From contig CAKUXX010000006.1 of NCBI GenBank assembly GCA_934702355.1, forward strand, positions 73,776-137,775: 64,000 nt of DNA. Reading direction: 5' to 3'. This DNA comes from an uncultured Methanomassiliicoccales archaeon (GTDB lineage: Archaea > Thermoplasmatota > Thermoplasmata > Methanomassiliicoccales > Methanomethylophilaceae). The notes under the pieces are model-generated. The model was not told the DNA's origin, made no database searches, and saw only the letters and a list, made by a program, of their open reading frames with translations. How positions within the stretch are numbered: position 1 is the stretch's first letter; the number at the start of each line of letters is the position of its first letter. Below are positions 8,916 through 18,487 of this stretch, piece by piece. Both the position numbers and the translations under genes were made by a program.

Positions 8916-8998
8916 GCGGGGGTAGCCGAGCTGGCCAAAGGCGCGGGACTTAAGATCCCGTCCGTAGAGGTCCGTGGGTTCGAATCCCACCCCCCGCA
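8916..8998 (+). tRNA. tRNA-Leu (anticodon UAA), class II with long variable arm
   Basis: Acceptor stem GCGGGGG/CCCCCGC; anticodon stem CGGGA/TCCCG with loop CTTAAGA; T arm GTGGG-TTCGAAT-CCCAC; discriminator A. No CCA is encoded. Confidence 0.9.
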
Positions 8999-9052
8999 CA
9001 TTCTTAGACCTTAATATCAAAGCGTATATAGCGTCAGTCCGTTCCGACAGGT

Positions 9053-9322
9053 ATGTCGAGTAAATCCGACGAATTCAAGGTTCAGCTTCTGGAGACATTC
9101 GCATCCCTCATCACCGCCGCATTCGGTCTTGTGGCCGCTCTGGCGTGGAACGAGGCGATCAAGCAGGCCGTCGCAGTAGTTTTCGGTACCGAGGACGACC
9201 TTCTCGGACTCACGGTGTATGCCGTGATCGTCACGGTCATCGCGGTCGTCATGACCATGCTGATCGCAAAGTCTCTCTCCAATGCCAAGAAGGCCCTTCA
9301 CCTTCTGAACGAGGATGAGTGA
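9053..9322 (+). CDS. Small two-helix membrane protein
   Basis: 89 aa with two hydrophobic helices (ITAAFGLVAALAW, VYAVIVTVIAVVMTMLIA), followed by a strong hairpin and a T7 run. Confidence 0.6.
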   Translation: MSSKSDEFKVQLLETFASLITAAFGLVAALAWNEAIKQAVAVVFGTEDDLLGLTVYAVIVTVIAVVMTMLIAKSLSNAKKALHLLNEDE

Positions 9323-9334
9323 TCTCCGAAACAA

Positions 9335-9385
9335 CCCTGTCATCCTTCGGGATGGCAGGGAAAACCCTTCCCACCCTGTTTTTTT
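9335..9385 (+). terminator. Hairpin plus T7 run between convergent genes
   Basis: 11-bp stem CCCTGTCATCC / GGATGGCAGGG (one G-U pair) with a TTCG loop at 9335-9360; T7 run at 9379-9385. Confidence 0.5.
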
Positions 9386-9397
9386 GAACGATTCCGA

Positions 9398-10564
9398 TCA
9401 GTCGAAGAGCCTTCCCTTCCTGACCATCTCCTCGTTCCTGTTGTTGACGTAGTTGATCAGGCTCATACCTGTCAGTTCGACGGACGACGGTCCGGACCTG
9501 ACATAGTAGATCTCGACCTTGCCGTCCTTGAGGAACACCGGCTGGGGTGATGTGAGGCATCTGACGCGGACAACGGTCTTGTCATCGAAGTCAACCATGT
9601 CGAACGAGATGTACGGGAGGAACCCGTTCCCAATCTGCGAGGATATGAGGTTGGTCAGGTGGAGGTTCAGCTTGTCCTTGTTCTCGAAGCTGTCCAGGTC
9701 CACGCCGCACACGGAACCGTCATCGGACACTCCGATGAGCAGGGTCCCGCCGTCGCTGTTCATGAACGCGACCAGCGTCTTCAGGACGGCCTTCTCCATC
9801 CTCTTGTCTATCTCTCCGGTCTGGAGGTTCGTCCTCAGAGTGGATTTGAACTCGAGCTTCTCCGATTCACCTTTGGAGATCAGCTTGAGCGTCTCGTCCC
9901 TGTCGCGGGTCTCGATGCCAAGGAACTCGGAGTTCTCCTCCAGGAACGTGACGAGGGTGTACTTCAGAAGGTTGTGTTTCTTGTTCTCGCGGAACAGGAC
10001 GCACACGATCAGCGTGCCGACGAGAATCATAACCGCATCCAGCATGAGGTCATCGAGGACCACGGGGTCCGCTCTGTCCCATATGTGGGACATGCCGTAC
10101 TGGAGCATGGACATGAGCATCAACAGCGAAAGGGAGAAGGACATGACGAAGAGCATGACGATCTTCTCGTTCTCGTTGCTGACGCCGGGGATGGACTTCA
10201 GAAGGAGGTACACCATGATCAGTCCGAGGAGACCGAAGTTGATTCCGGTCAGGACCATGGTGACGATCTCAGGTATCAGACAGTTGAGCGCCACCCTGCT
10301 GATTATCGACAGATAGAACGTGGCGATCATCATCATGACCAGGACCGGCGGGATGTGCACGTAATCCCTGTCCGTGAAAAGGGCGGATCCCATGATTATG
10401 ACGATCGGGATCGTCAGGACCAGGTTCTCGGCATCCCCGTAGACCAGGCTCAGCACGGCCAGGGCCAATGTGAGCACGAACATCAGTCCGTAGATGCTCT
10501 TGACGTAGCGCTTTAGTCTCATGTGCGGCTGCTCTATGACGATGTCCGCCTCATCCCCTTCCAT
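9398..10564 (-). CDS. Membrane protein with C-terminal AlbA_2 (Schlafen-like, divergent AAA-4) domain
   Basis: About 6-7 N-terminal TM helices, then ESEKLEFKSTL..VLKTLVAFMNSDGGTLLIGVSDDGSVCGVD..VVRVRCLTSPQPVFLK, which matches the AlbA_2 signature. Confidence 0.75.
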   Translation of the reverse strand: MEGDEADIVIEQPHMRLKRYVKSIYGLMFVLTLALAVLSLVYGDAENLVLTIPIVIIMGSALFTDRDYVHIPPVLVMMMIATFYLSIISRVALNCLIPEIVTMVLTGINFGLLGLIMVYLLLKSIPGVSNENEKIVMLFVMSFSLSLLMLMSMLQYGMSHIWDRADPVVLDDLMLDAVMILVGTLIVCVLFRENKKHNLLKYTLVTFLEENSEFLGIETRDRDETLKLISKGESEKLEFKSTLRTNLQTGEIDKRMEKAVLKTLVAFMNSDGGTLLIGVSDDGSVCGVDLDSFENKDKLNLHLTNLISSQIGNGFLPYISFDMVDFDDKTVVRVRCLTSPQPVFLKDGKVEIYYVRSGPSSVELTGMSLINYVNNRNEEMVRKGRLFD

Positions 10565-10677
10565 GCCCGGCCGACGGCATCCATGCCTTTTTATTGTTGC
10601 GCAGGACCCTCACACGTGCGCGCGTACAAATGATTTAAATATAGTCGGTCGATTCGACGCTTAACGGAGTAATACTC

Positions 10678-11043
10678 GTGCCTGGTGAAGTGAAGAAGAA
10701 TAAGGTCGTTGTGAACCGCCCGCAGTCTTCGGGACAGTACAACGACAAGGGAGCCAAGAAGAACAAGCAGCAGAGGACGAAGGAGTCCACCAAGAGGCAG
10801 GCGATGCTGAACACGCACAGGATTAACCCGTTCAAGTACGATATGAACGAGGTCCTCGAAGCGTCTGCGATGGATCCGTCCAAGGCGTCGTCGTTCCTGG
10901 CATCCGTCATCGCCAAGGCATCCCGCGTGTCCACCAAGGATGCGAAGGAGTTCGTGAAGACGTTCCTTGAAGAAGGCGACCTCACAAAGGACGAATTCGA
11001 CAAGATCTGCAAGCTGCTGGACAGATACAGCAGGTGGCGCTGA
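10678..11043 (+). CDS. Hypothetical protein with Lys-rich N-terminus
   Basis: 121 aa. The GTG start is preceded by GGAG about 10 nt upstream and by GATTTAAATATAG about 40 nt upstream. Confidence 0.5.
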   Translation: MPGEVKKNKVVVNRPQSSGQYNDKGAKKNKQQRTKESTKRQAMLNTHRINPFKYDMNEVLEASAMDPSKASSFLASVIAKASRVSTKDAKEFVKTFLEEGDLTKDEFDKICKLLDRYSRWR

Positions 11044-11052
11044 GGCGCATCT

Positions 11053-11502
11053 ATGAAATCCGTCGAGATGGAAGACGGTCGTGTTTTCGTTCTGCGTCTC
11101 GAGGAGGGCGAGGTCCTCCACGAGGTCGTGGAATCTTTCTGCAGGAGCAATGGCATCCGCAACGCCACTCTGACAGCCGTCGGAGGGGTCGGCCCAGGTT
11201 CCAAGTACGTGTCCGGGCCAAATTATCCTTTTGAAGGGCAAATAGAGCCCATTATCTGCACCGTGGACGCTCCCAGCGAGCTCACGGGCACAGGGACTGT
11301 GTTCCCGGACGAATCCGGGGAACCGATCATGCACATGCACGGTTCCGTCGGAAGGGAGGGCGAGTCCCACACCGGCTGCTTCCGCGCCGGCATGGTGGTC
11401 TGGCTGGTGATGGAGGTCGTCATCCGCGAGCTCAGGGGCACAGGCCCCGTCAGGAAGGCATCGGACCCGAGGATAGATGCCAAGCTTTTGGAGATCGTTT
11501 GA
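11053..11502 (+). CDS. PPC (DUF296) domain protein
   Basis: VFVLRLEEGEVLHEVVESFCRSNGIRNATLTAVGGV..MHMHGSVG.. is typical of PCC/PPC-domain proteins. Confidence 0.75.
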   Translation: MKSVEMEDGRVFVLRLEEGEVLHEVVESFCRSNGIRNATLTAVGGVGPGSKYVSGPNYPFEGQIEPIICTVDAPSELTGTGTVFPDESGEPIMHMHGSVGREGESHTGCFRAGMVVWLVMEVVIRELRGTGPVRKASDPRIDAKLLEIV

Positions 11503-11503
11503 A

Positions 11504-13135
11504 ATGGCATCCGAGGAGATCCTTCACAAGACGCTTCACAACGCGGACGGCAAGCCGTTCGCCAAATACAAGGGACTGACCAATAACTTCGTCATGGACG
11601 ATTTCGAGCTCCTGGTGGACGAGGTCCAGAACGACCGCGCCGGGCACAGCCGTATGAGGGTCAGGGTCCCGATGAGGATCGCAGGGTTCCCCGAGGACAC
11701 ATTCTCCACCGAATCCCGTAAAATCGCTTTGAGGGATCTCATCGCCAGGCGCTTCTGGGAATCCGCACGCACGCATGCGCGCTCACCCATACCGAAGACG
11801 GACGGAGGCGAGGTGTACATACCCCGTCCCGGACAGGAGGTCATCGAGAGGGGCAGCGTGGCGGTCACCGAGTACTATGTGGAGGTCAGCTTCACAGCAG
11901 ACCTTCCCTCATCAGGGGGCAAGGTCAATGCTCTGGCTACCGAGGAGCTCATCTTCGGAAGGATCCACAGGATAATCTGCGAATCCATGATGTACAAGGC
12001 GTACAAGCAGTCCAAGCTGTACAACCACATCCAGACGGTCGAGAACGCGGACCACATACGTTCCGTGCTGGACGAGATGAGCCTGGCGGCGTTCGTGGCT
12101 GTGGGTTCCGTCCTTCCCAGGAGGGAGGATGATCTTGCTCCTGCCGTCGATGCCGTTCCGTTCGACTGTTCTTCCGATCTCAAAGTCTCGATCGAGGTCC
12201 CGAACGGTCCCGCGATCGAAGGTCTCGGCATCCCGAAGGGATTCACACTCATCGCCGGCCCCAGCAGGTCCGGGAAATCGGCCTTGTTGGACTCCATATA
12301 TGCAGGGGTCTACAACCACATCCCCGGAGACGGAAGGGAGTATGTCATATCACTGCCCGACTCGGCTTACGTCATCTGCGAAGGAGGCCGTCCTGCCGAT
12401 TCCGTGGACATCTCCATGTTCGTTTCGGGCACGGAGGAGTTCGAGGATGTGTCAAAGGCACTGGCCCCGTCGGTGTCGTCTCCCATGTCGGAGCTCATCG
12501 CTGTCTCCGAAGCTGTGGAGATGGGCAGCAGGCTCATCCTCATGGACGAGGAATACTCCAATCCGTGCGTCCTCAGACGTGGATTCATGGCCGATGACGA
12601 TAGGATAACACCGATCTCCGAGTTGGGACGTTCGATGTCCGATTCCGGGATATCGGTAATAATGGTGTCCGGAGACGCTACTGCAGCATCTCTGGCGGAC
12701 CGGGTACTGCTGATGAAGGGCTTCCGTGCGGAATCCGTCGATATCGATCGCAAGGATTCCGATGCGCAGTATTCGATGCCGGAAACAAGATATCCTGTAT
12801 CCAAGAACATGGTATTCGAGAAAGGCCGCAAAGAGGTCAGCGTCGCCGCACAGGCGATCAGGACCGTCGAGATCGGAGAGTACAAAGTTAGTGCTCCCGT
12901 TGCGGCATTCTTCGACATGGCGCAGACACGTGCGGTCGCCGATGCGATCGCCGTGGCGAAGGATCTCATGGACGGTTCCAGGTCCATGAAGCAGGTATGC
13001 GACGAAGCGATCTCCGCCGTCATGACATACGACCCCGAGAACGGCGGGTCGATGTACAGGGCCCGGCCGAGGTCGATTGACCTGGCCGCGGTCCTGAACA
13101 GGCATCCTCAGATGCTCTGCATCCAGAAAAGGTGA
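11504..13135 (+). CDS. ABC-class ATPase domain protein (PF09818-like)
   Basis: ATG at 11504 (MASEEILHK..). Walker A is LIAGPSRSGKSALL and Walker B-like is RLILMDEE. The overall pattern fits the predicted ABC_ATPase family. Confidence 0.7.
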   Translation: MASEEILHKTLHNADGKPFAKYKGLTNNFVMDDFELLVDEVQNDRAGHSRMRVRVPMRIAGFPEDTFSTESRKIALRDLIARRFWESARTHARSPIPKTDGGEVYIPRPGQEVIERGSVAVTEYYVEVSFTADLPSSGGKVNALATEELIFGRIHRIICESMMYKAYKQSKLYNHIQTVENADHIRSVLDEMSLAAFVAVGSVLPRREDDLAPAVDAVPFDCSSDLKVSIEVPNGPAIEGLGIPKGFTLIAGPSRSGKSALLDSIYAGVYNHIPGDGREYVISLPDSAYVICEGGRPADSVDISMFVSGTEEFEDVSKALAPSVSSPMSELIAVSEAVEMGSRLILMDEEYSNPCVLRRGFMADDDRITPISELGRSMSDSGISVIMVSGDATAASLADRVLLMKGFRAESVDIDRKDSDAQYSMPETRYPVSKNMVFEKGRKEVSVAAQAIRTVEIGEYKVSAPVAAFFDMAQTRAVADAIAVAKDLMDGSRSMKQVCDEAISAVMTYDPENGGSMYRARPRSIDLAAVLNRHPQMLCIQKR

Positions 13136-13139
13136 TTTT

Positions 13140-13502
13140 TCATCTGCGGTTGTTGCCGAAGCTGTCCTGCCACTTGTTGAACACCTTGTCAGCATAGGCG
13201 GACATGTGGACCTGGTCCTCCTTGCTGTCGGGGACGACGAATCCCCTCAGAGGGAACTCGGAATCGCAGTAGGGGCATCTGACGTTGGGGCAGTTCTGAT
13301 TGGCCTGCGGGCATGCCTTGCACGCGACGGCCCTGGACTGGAAAAGACTGAACTCCCTGCCGCAGTTGGGGCAGAGGAATCTTCTGGCGGCGATCTTCAG
13401 ATCCTTGTGGATGCCTGCGGCCCTCTCCTCGGGGGTCAGCCACATGGGGGCCCTGGGGGAGATCGGTGTGTTGTAGGAGGGTCTGTCCTCATCGTACGAC
13501 AT
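13140..13502 (-). CDS. Zinc-ribbon protein, hypothetical
   Basis: 120 aa with CPNCG..CKACP..CPNVRCPYCD. Its ATG abuts the stop of the GGGP synthase gene. Confidence 0.55.
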   Translation of the reverse strand: MSYDEDRPSYNTPISPRAPMWLTPEERAAGIHKDLKIAARRFLCPNCGREFSLFQSRAVACKACPQANQNCPNVRCPYCDSEFPLRGFVVPDSKEDQVHMSAYADKVFNKWQDSFGNNRR

Positions 13503-14249
13503 TCAGATCCCCTTCGAAGCTTTGACGACGGCCCTGAGCTTGCTGTCGTCCTTGCACTGTTCGATGAGAGTTCCCGTGACGATGATGTCGGCGCCTGCCT
13601 TGCGGGCGGCCTCTGCGGCCTCGGGGGTCCTGATGCCTCCTCCGACGATCAGAGGGATGCTGATCGCTGCTTTCACAGCAGAGATCATCTCCGGGGGCAC
13701 GGGCGTGTCGGCACCGGATCCGGCCTCGAGGTAGACCAGGGACATTCCGAAGAGCTCGCATGCGACAGCATACGATATCGCCCTGTCGATCTCGTCATGT
13801 TTGATGGGTTTCGCCTTTCCGACCTCTCCGACCTTCATTCCGGGCTCGACGATGATATATCCCATGGGAATCGTCTCGATTCCGAGCTTCTTGATGTAGG
13901 GTGCGGCAAGGGTCTGGGCTCCGACGACCCATGTGAGGTCCGTGCTGTTCAGCATGCTCATGAAGAGCAGGGCATCGACGTCCGCGGAAAGTGCGTTGCC
14001 GCTTCCGGGGAAGTGGATGGTCGGGAGTCCCGATGCGGCCTTTATGGCCTTGGACGTCTCGGACAGGTTCTCGTTGGTGACACCGGTGGATCCTCCAATG
14101 AAGATCGCATCGGTACCTGCCTCTTTCATCTGCCTGGCCAATTCTCCGGCCTCTTCGGCAGATTGTTTGTCGGGATCGAGGAGCGCAACATGTAGCGTTC
14201 CCTTGGATATCCTGTCCAGGAGGTATTCTATCACTGTCATGACGATCAC
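13503..14249 (-). CDS. Geranylgeranylglyceryl phosphate synthase (PcrB/GGGPS family)
   Basis: 248 aa: LDPDK.., IFIGGSTGV, LVYLEAGSGA, IVGGGIRTPE. This is the archaeal ether-lipid enzyme signature. Confidence 0.9.
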   Translation of the reverse strand: MIVMTVIEYLLDRISKGTLHVALLDPDKQSAEEAGELARQMKEAGTDAIFIGGSTGVTNENLSETSKAIKAASGLPTIHFPGSGNALSADVDALLFMSMLNSTDLTWVVGAQTLAAPYIKKLGIETIPMGYIIVEPGMKVGEVGKAKPIKHDEIDRAISYAVACELFGMSLVYLEAGSGADTPVPPEMISAVKAAISIPLIVGGGIRTPEAAEAARKAGADIIVTGTLIEQCKDDSKLRAVVKASKGI

Positions 14250-14449
14250 TCAGGTCCGTCGCCCGACCAACAATATGCCAGGCGCAGGAGTACTGAGGGT
14301 GCCTATGTTGGAACGATATAAAAACATCGTCCATGTCCCTCCGTCGGTCGGAAAACCTTCGAATCGGGATGCGACGGATGCATCCAGTCGTTCGGTCGGC
14401 CGAAACGTCGATTCGTCAACGATAAAAAGCACTTCTGCTATGTGAACCC

Positions 14450-14785
14450 GTGGATTTCCGTCTGATGATAGATTCCGACGAAGGAGAGCCTGTTTCCGGC
14501 TGGGATGACATAGGCCGGGCCTTGGCAGACATAACGTCCAAGAAGGTCGAGTTCGTCGTTCTGTCCAAGGGCGCCGCCGGGGATGAGTTCATACAGGCGG
14601 CCCTGTGGAATCCCGGAATGGTGCTCCGTCCGAGCTATATCATGGAGATCAGCACTCGCGGGCGCTTCTACAGGACGAAGACGAAGGATTTCAACTCGAT
14701 CTACTCCGCATTCCGCGCGTACTATGACGGATGGGATCCCATCGTCAAGAACTGGGACGACGTGACGGACGAATTCTCAGATTGA
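14450..14785 (+). CDS. Hypothetical protein
   Basis: 111-aa ORF with a GTG start (alternative ATG at 14465). A TATA-like CGATAAAAAGC lies about 25 nt upstream, so a leaderless transcript is possible. Confidence 0.4.
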   Translation: MDFRLMIDSDEGEPVSGWDDIGRALADITSKKVEFVVLSKGAAGDEFIQAALWNPGMVLRPSYIMEISTRGRFYRTKTKDFNSIYSAFRAYYDGWDPIVKNWDDVTDEFSD

Positions 14786-15787
14786 GTTCCTGAACACGTG
14801 GTAGTGTCTGGAAAGGGAACCGTGGACCCTCTGGAGGTACATGGATTCCAATGTCATCGTGTCGAACGTCTGGGGGTGCGGAAGCACAACTCCCGCTCTT
14901 GCGCCGGGCTTCAGGCTCTTGGGGATCGATTGTCCGGCACGTGCGTAGATGTCGTCGATGTTCTCTCCGCCCGTCTTTGTCGATCTGCCGTAGGGCGGAT
15001 CGGTGCATATCGCATCGATGTCCTGGAACCTGTCCCCGATATCGCCGATGTCAAGCGTGTCGAAGTCTGCGAGCTTCAGACCGTAGAAGTCCATGTTCTC
15101 CTGACAGCCGATGACCATCTCCTCGTCGAAATCGGATGCGATCGCCTTCATGCCCATCTCGGCCGCCTCGATCACTATCCCTCCGGTTCCGCAGAACGGG
15201 TCCAGAACGGTGGAACCCCTCTTGGCACCAGTCAGGTTGATCAGCGCACGTGCGTATTTGGGGTGAAGGGATATGGGCGAGAAGAACGGCCTCTCTCCGA
15301 CCTTCCTCTTCTCCAGGAGGTCCGTGTCAGTGACCCTCTGTTCGATGTACAGATGGACGGTGTCGCACATCTGCATCCTGATCATGATGTCCGGCTCGCG
15401 GAGGTTCACGTCGTTGTGCTTGGACAGTATGCCCCCCATGCGCCTGATCAGGGACTGGGAGTCCAGGTCCCTCATCATGCCTTCGAACCTCTTGCCCCTG
15501 ATGGCGAAGGTCCCTTCGGGCAGGACGACCGATTCCAGTCCGGAGATGTCGTCGGGCGTGTATGTGCCCAGATACCTTCCCATGCTGTGCGTCAGGGCGA
15601 TACGGTCCGCGATGGCGTCCAGGTATCTCTCGTCGAATGAGGCGACCATGTATCCGGGGCCGGTCCTGACGATCTCGAAACCGTCGGTCTCGGCCTCGAG
15701 GCATCTCTTGGCCTCTGCCAAGGGCATGTCCTTGGACTCGCCTGAAAGCTCGAAGAAGAATTCCTGTGTAGAAGATTGGGGGCTCAC
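14777..15787 (-). CDS. tRNA (guanine(10)-N2)-methyltransferase, Trm11/TrmG10 type (THUMP + SAM MTase)
   Basis: FFELSGES..LAEAK N-terminus, LDPFCGTGGIVIEAA SAM motif and DPPYG catalytic motif. A GTG start at 15787 is proposed; the ORF-track extension to 16165 overlaps radA. Confidence 0.85.
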   Translation of the reverse strand: MSPQSSTQEFFFELSGESKDMPLAEAKRCLEAETDGFEIVRTGPGYMVASFDERYLDAIADRIALTHSMGRYLGTYTPDDISGLESVVLPEGTFAIRGKRFEGMMRDLDSQSLIRRMGGILSKHNDVNLREPDIMIRMQMCDTVHLYIEQRVTDTDLLEKRKVGERPFFSPISLHPKYARALINLTGAKRGSTVLDPFCGTGGIVIEAAEMGMKAIASDFDEEMVIGCQENMDFYGLKLADFDTLDIGDIGDRFQDIDAICTDPPYGRSTKTGGENIDDIYARAGQSIPKSLKPGARAGVVLPHPQTFDTMTLESMYLQRVHGSLSRHYHVFRNSI

Positions 15788-15801
15788 GCCCCCATAATTG
15801 A

Positions 15802-16749
15802 TCAGTCCTTTATTCCATCTTCGGTGACCATGAAGACAGCCTCGCCCTCGGGCAGGTTGGGCGAGTCGATGAGTCTTGCGATCCTCTTGCCCGCCTTTCC
15901 CTTCCTGAGGTAGATACGGAACGTGGCGGTGTGTCCCACGATATGTCCTCCGATGGGCCTGGTGGGGTCTCCGAAGAACGCATCCGGCTTCGCCGCGACC
16001 TGGTTGGTCACTGCGATGACGGCGTTGTTGACGGTCGCGAAGTTGAGAAGGTCGTGCATGTGGCGGTTGAGGATCTGCTGCCTCTCGGCCAGGGCACCCC
16101 TTCCGACGTACTCCGCCCTGAAGTGGGATGTGAGGGAATCGACGATGAGGAGCCTGACTTTGCATGTCTGAGCAAGCTCCATGGCCTTGTCCACGAGGAG
16201 AACCTGGTGCTGGGAGTTGAACGCCCTTGCGACATGGATTCTCTTAAGGACCTCGTCCGGGTCCTGTCCGAGGTATGTGGCCATCTGGATGATCCTCTCG
16301 GGCCTGAATGTGTTCTCGGTATCGATGATGATGACGTCGGAGTCCAGTCCGCCCTGCTCTTCCGGAAGGGTGGCGTTGACGGCCAGCTGGAAGCAGACCT
16401 GCGTCTTGCAGCTTCCGAACTCTCCGAAGAACTCCACGATGGACTGACTCTCCAGTCCTCCGGCCAGGAGCTCGTCGAAAGCCTTGGATCCGGTCGTGAG
16501 CTTGGTGACGGCCTTCCTTCTCTCAAGGATGTCCTCTCCTGTTTCGAATCCGCCTATATCGGCGCAGAGCTTCGCACCCTCGATGATGTCCGATGCCTTC
16601 TTCTCCCCTATCTCGCACGTCTCGGCAAGTTCCTTGGGGGATGCCACGGCAATGGCCATAAGCTCGTTGTATCCTGCTTCGCGGAGCTTCTCCGCGATCG
16701 CCGGGCCGACGCCCGGAATGTCTTCAAGGGTTTTCGTGACCATCGTCAT
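15802..16749 (-). CDS. radA: DNA repair and recombination protein RadA
   Basis: HhH N-terminus ([20 protein letters not shown]), Walker [10 protein letters not shown], Walker B LLIVDS. Start at ATG 16749 or 16743. Confidence 0.95.
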   Translation of the reverse strand: MTMVTKTLEDIPGVGPAIAEKLREAGYNELMAIAVASPKELAETCEIGEKKASDIIEGAKLCADIGGFETGEDILERRKAVTKLTTGSKAFDELLAGGLESQSIVEFFGEFGSCKTQVCFQLAVNATLPEEQGGLDSDVIIIDTENTFRPERIIQMATYLGQDPDEVLKRIHVARAFNSQHQVLLVDKAMELAQTCKVRLLIVDSLTSHFRAEYVGRGALAERQQILNRHMHDLLNFATVNNAVIAVTNQVAAKPDAFFGDPTRPIGGHIVGHTATFRIYLRKGKAGKRIARLIDSPNLPEGEAVFMVTEDGIKD

Positions 16750-16880
16750 TCCTCTATGTTGTTTCATGGGGCAGCACGTATATAACCGGAATCGGGGGGT
16801 CGCCGAAAACGGCGAAAACCCTGTTCCGGCCCTGTTCTGCCTATGTTGGGGATGATGGACCGCATCAGATAATAACACTT

Positions 16881-17210
16881 GTGTGTAATGTTTGTAATCT
16901 TAGATCCGGCAGGATAATCAACATCCGCCTGTACAAGAACACGGAGGAATGCGACATCGACGTGAAGGACACCGTGATCGGCAGGATCGTACCGACCGAG
17001 AGGGGATTCGACGTGTACATGACGACGGAGTGCGCCTACGAGGACAAGGACATCCTGGAGGACGTGGAGGGGGAGATCGTCGATAACCTCGGATACGTGA
17101 TGAGGTGCGACGGCCACATCCGCGTGGAATCCGTGTTCCCGAACATACTGGATGCCTACGACTGGGCCGATGAGCTCATCACCGACGATGAATGGTACGA
17201 GAGGGGATGA
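16881..17210 (+). CDS. Hypothetical acidic protein
   Basis: 109-aa ORF with a GTG start and no recognisable motifs. Confidence 0.35.
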   Translation: MCNVCNLRSGRIINIRLYKNTEECDIDVKDTVIGRIVPTERGFDVYMTTECAYEDKDILEDVEGEIVDNLGYVMRCDGHIRVESVFPNILDAYDWADELITDDEWYERG

Positions 17211-17331
17211 GGATGTAAGGTGTTTTTGGATCCATGTCACAATGGATCCATCTTGGTTCCAGGCTTCGTTCGGTCACGGATTCATACGAGGATGACCAGA
17301 AGATCAAGTCTGGGAAATCTGATGAATTCTC

Positions 17332-18225
17332 TCAGAGTCCATAACGCTCAGGATTTTCCAACGGCACACCGTTAGAATACATTGCAAATCCGCCTATACA
17401 TGCGATGATCGTCTGTGAATCCTCGTATGTTCCCTTGTACCACAGATATACGAACACATGGGTCTGTCCGTTCTTCATCGATTTCGTCTGGGCATATCTC
17501 GCCGCATCACTATACGAATTGAATTTCTCGTTTATTCTGGCCTGGTATTGGTGTACCTCTTTCACATCCCCCTTTACATCAACCTTCGCAATAGTTCTAT
17601 AATTATCATCTCTGACTTTCATCTCCCCGATTTTCTCTCTGGATGTCGTGGTGTATGATTCTTCATACGTGCCTCCGACCATATATTCTGCGTACCTACG
17701 TCCTCTCTGCCCACTGAGGAATTCATTTTTTACCTTTTCAACGGAGCTGATGTCCCACAACGGCACCTCGATATTGATTGATTTAAATGCACCGCCACTA
17801 TAACTCAAACTGTTCTCGATACAGATTTTCTTGATCTCCTCGATCACTTCCGACCTTTCTTTTTGTGCAAGATCAGATTTTTGTTTGTCCATCTTCGTTC
17901 TCTGATCACCCCCGATACAACCATTGATCAAACACACGATACAAAAACCGAAGATGATTATCAAGGGTATTCTGTTATCCGGACTGTAGACATAGCCCAA
18001 TATACACACTACGATACCTATTGTGGACAACAATCCACTGAAGAATCCATGACGTGTAAACATCAAACCGAATGTTGCCCATATGGGTATCACAATGGTT
18101 ATTATGTCCATCAATAAATCGTCGGTTACTAATACCAGAATTAGAGAACTCAATACCGCGAGAGCAACCGCGATAATATCGAGCATACGCTGATTCTTTG
18201 ATTTCTCTTCCATTTTCACATTCAT
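17332..18225 (-). CDS. Hypothetical membrane protein in a low-GC islet
   Basis: ATG at 18225 is preceded by GGAGGAG. About 4 TM helices are followed by a soluble C-terminal domain. The gene is visibly AT-richer than its neighbours. Confidence 0.6.
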   Translation of the reverse strand: MNVKMEEKSKNQRMLDIIAVALAVLSSLILVLVTDDLLMDIITIVIPIWATFGLMFTRHGFFSGLLSTIGIVVCILGYVYSPDNRIPLIIIFGFCIVCLINGCIGGDQRTKMDKQKSDLAQKERSEVIEEIKKICIENSLSYSGGAFKSINIEVPLWDISSVEKVKNEFLSGQRGRRYAEYMVGGTYEESYTTTSREKIGEMKVRDDNYRTIAKVDVKGDVKEVHQYQARINEKFNSYSDAARYAQTKSMKNGQTHVFVYLWYKGTYEDSQTIIACIGGFAMYSNGVPLENPERYGL

Positions 18226-18487
18226 TTTCACTCCTCCGTGAATGGGGATGAATATGACGAATGGCACGGCCACCCGAGTAGCCTCTCTCCAGATCAATCG
18301 GGATCCTTCGTCAACAATCCCCATTCCGGAGTCAGAAGGACAAGTGTGGAACCTTCCTCCCGAACCCCGGAGACAGGTCCCTTTCATCATGAAACGGCGG
18401 CCGAAGAATGTTCGACCCCCCCCCCTTGCATCACGAGAGGGGAGGGCATAACGCTTCCCTGCCCTGAAACATAAATCTTAATTCTTT

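Noticed and set aside
14777-14785. Convergent gene-end overlaps: 14777-14785, 27628-27635, 32708-32744, 42804-42809 and 48501-48535.
   Set aside because: These are short 3' overlaps typical of a compact genome. No conserved structure or shared signal is apparent.
17228-17249. Palindrome GGATCCAT-N6-ATGGATCC as a terminator for 16881-17210.
   Set aside because: The T-run precedes rather than follows the hairpin on the plus strand, and an A-run follows it on the minus strand. I note it only as an edge marker of the low-GC islet.
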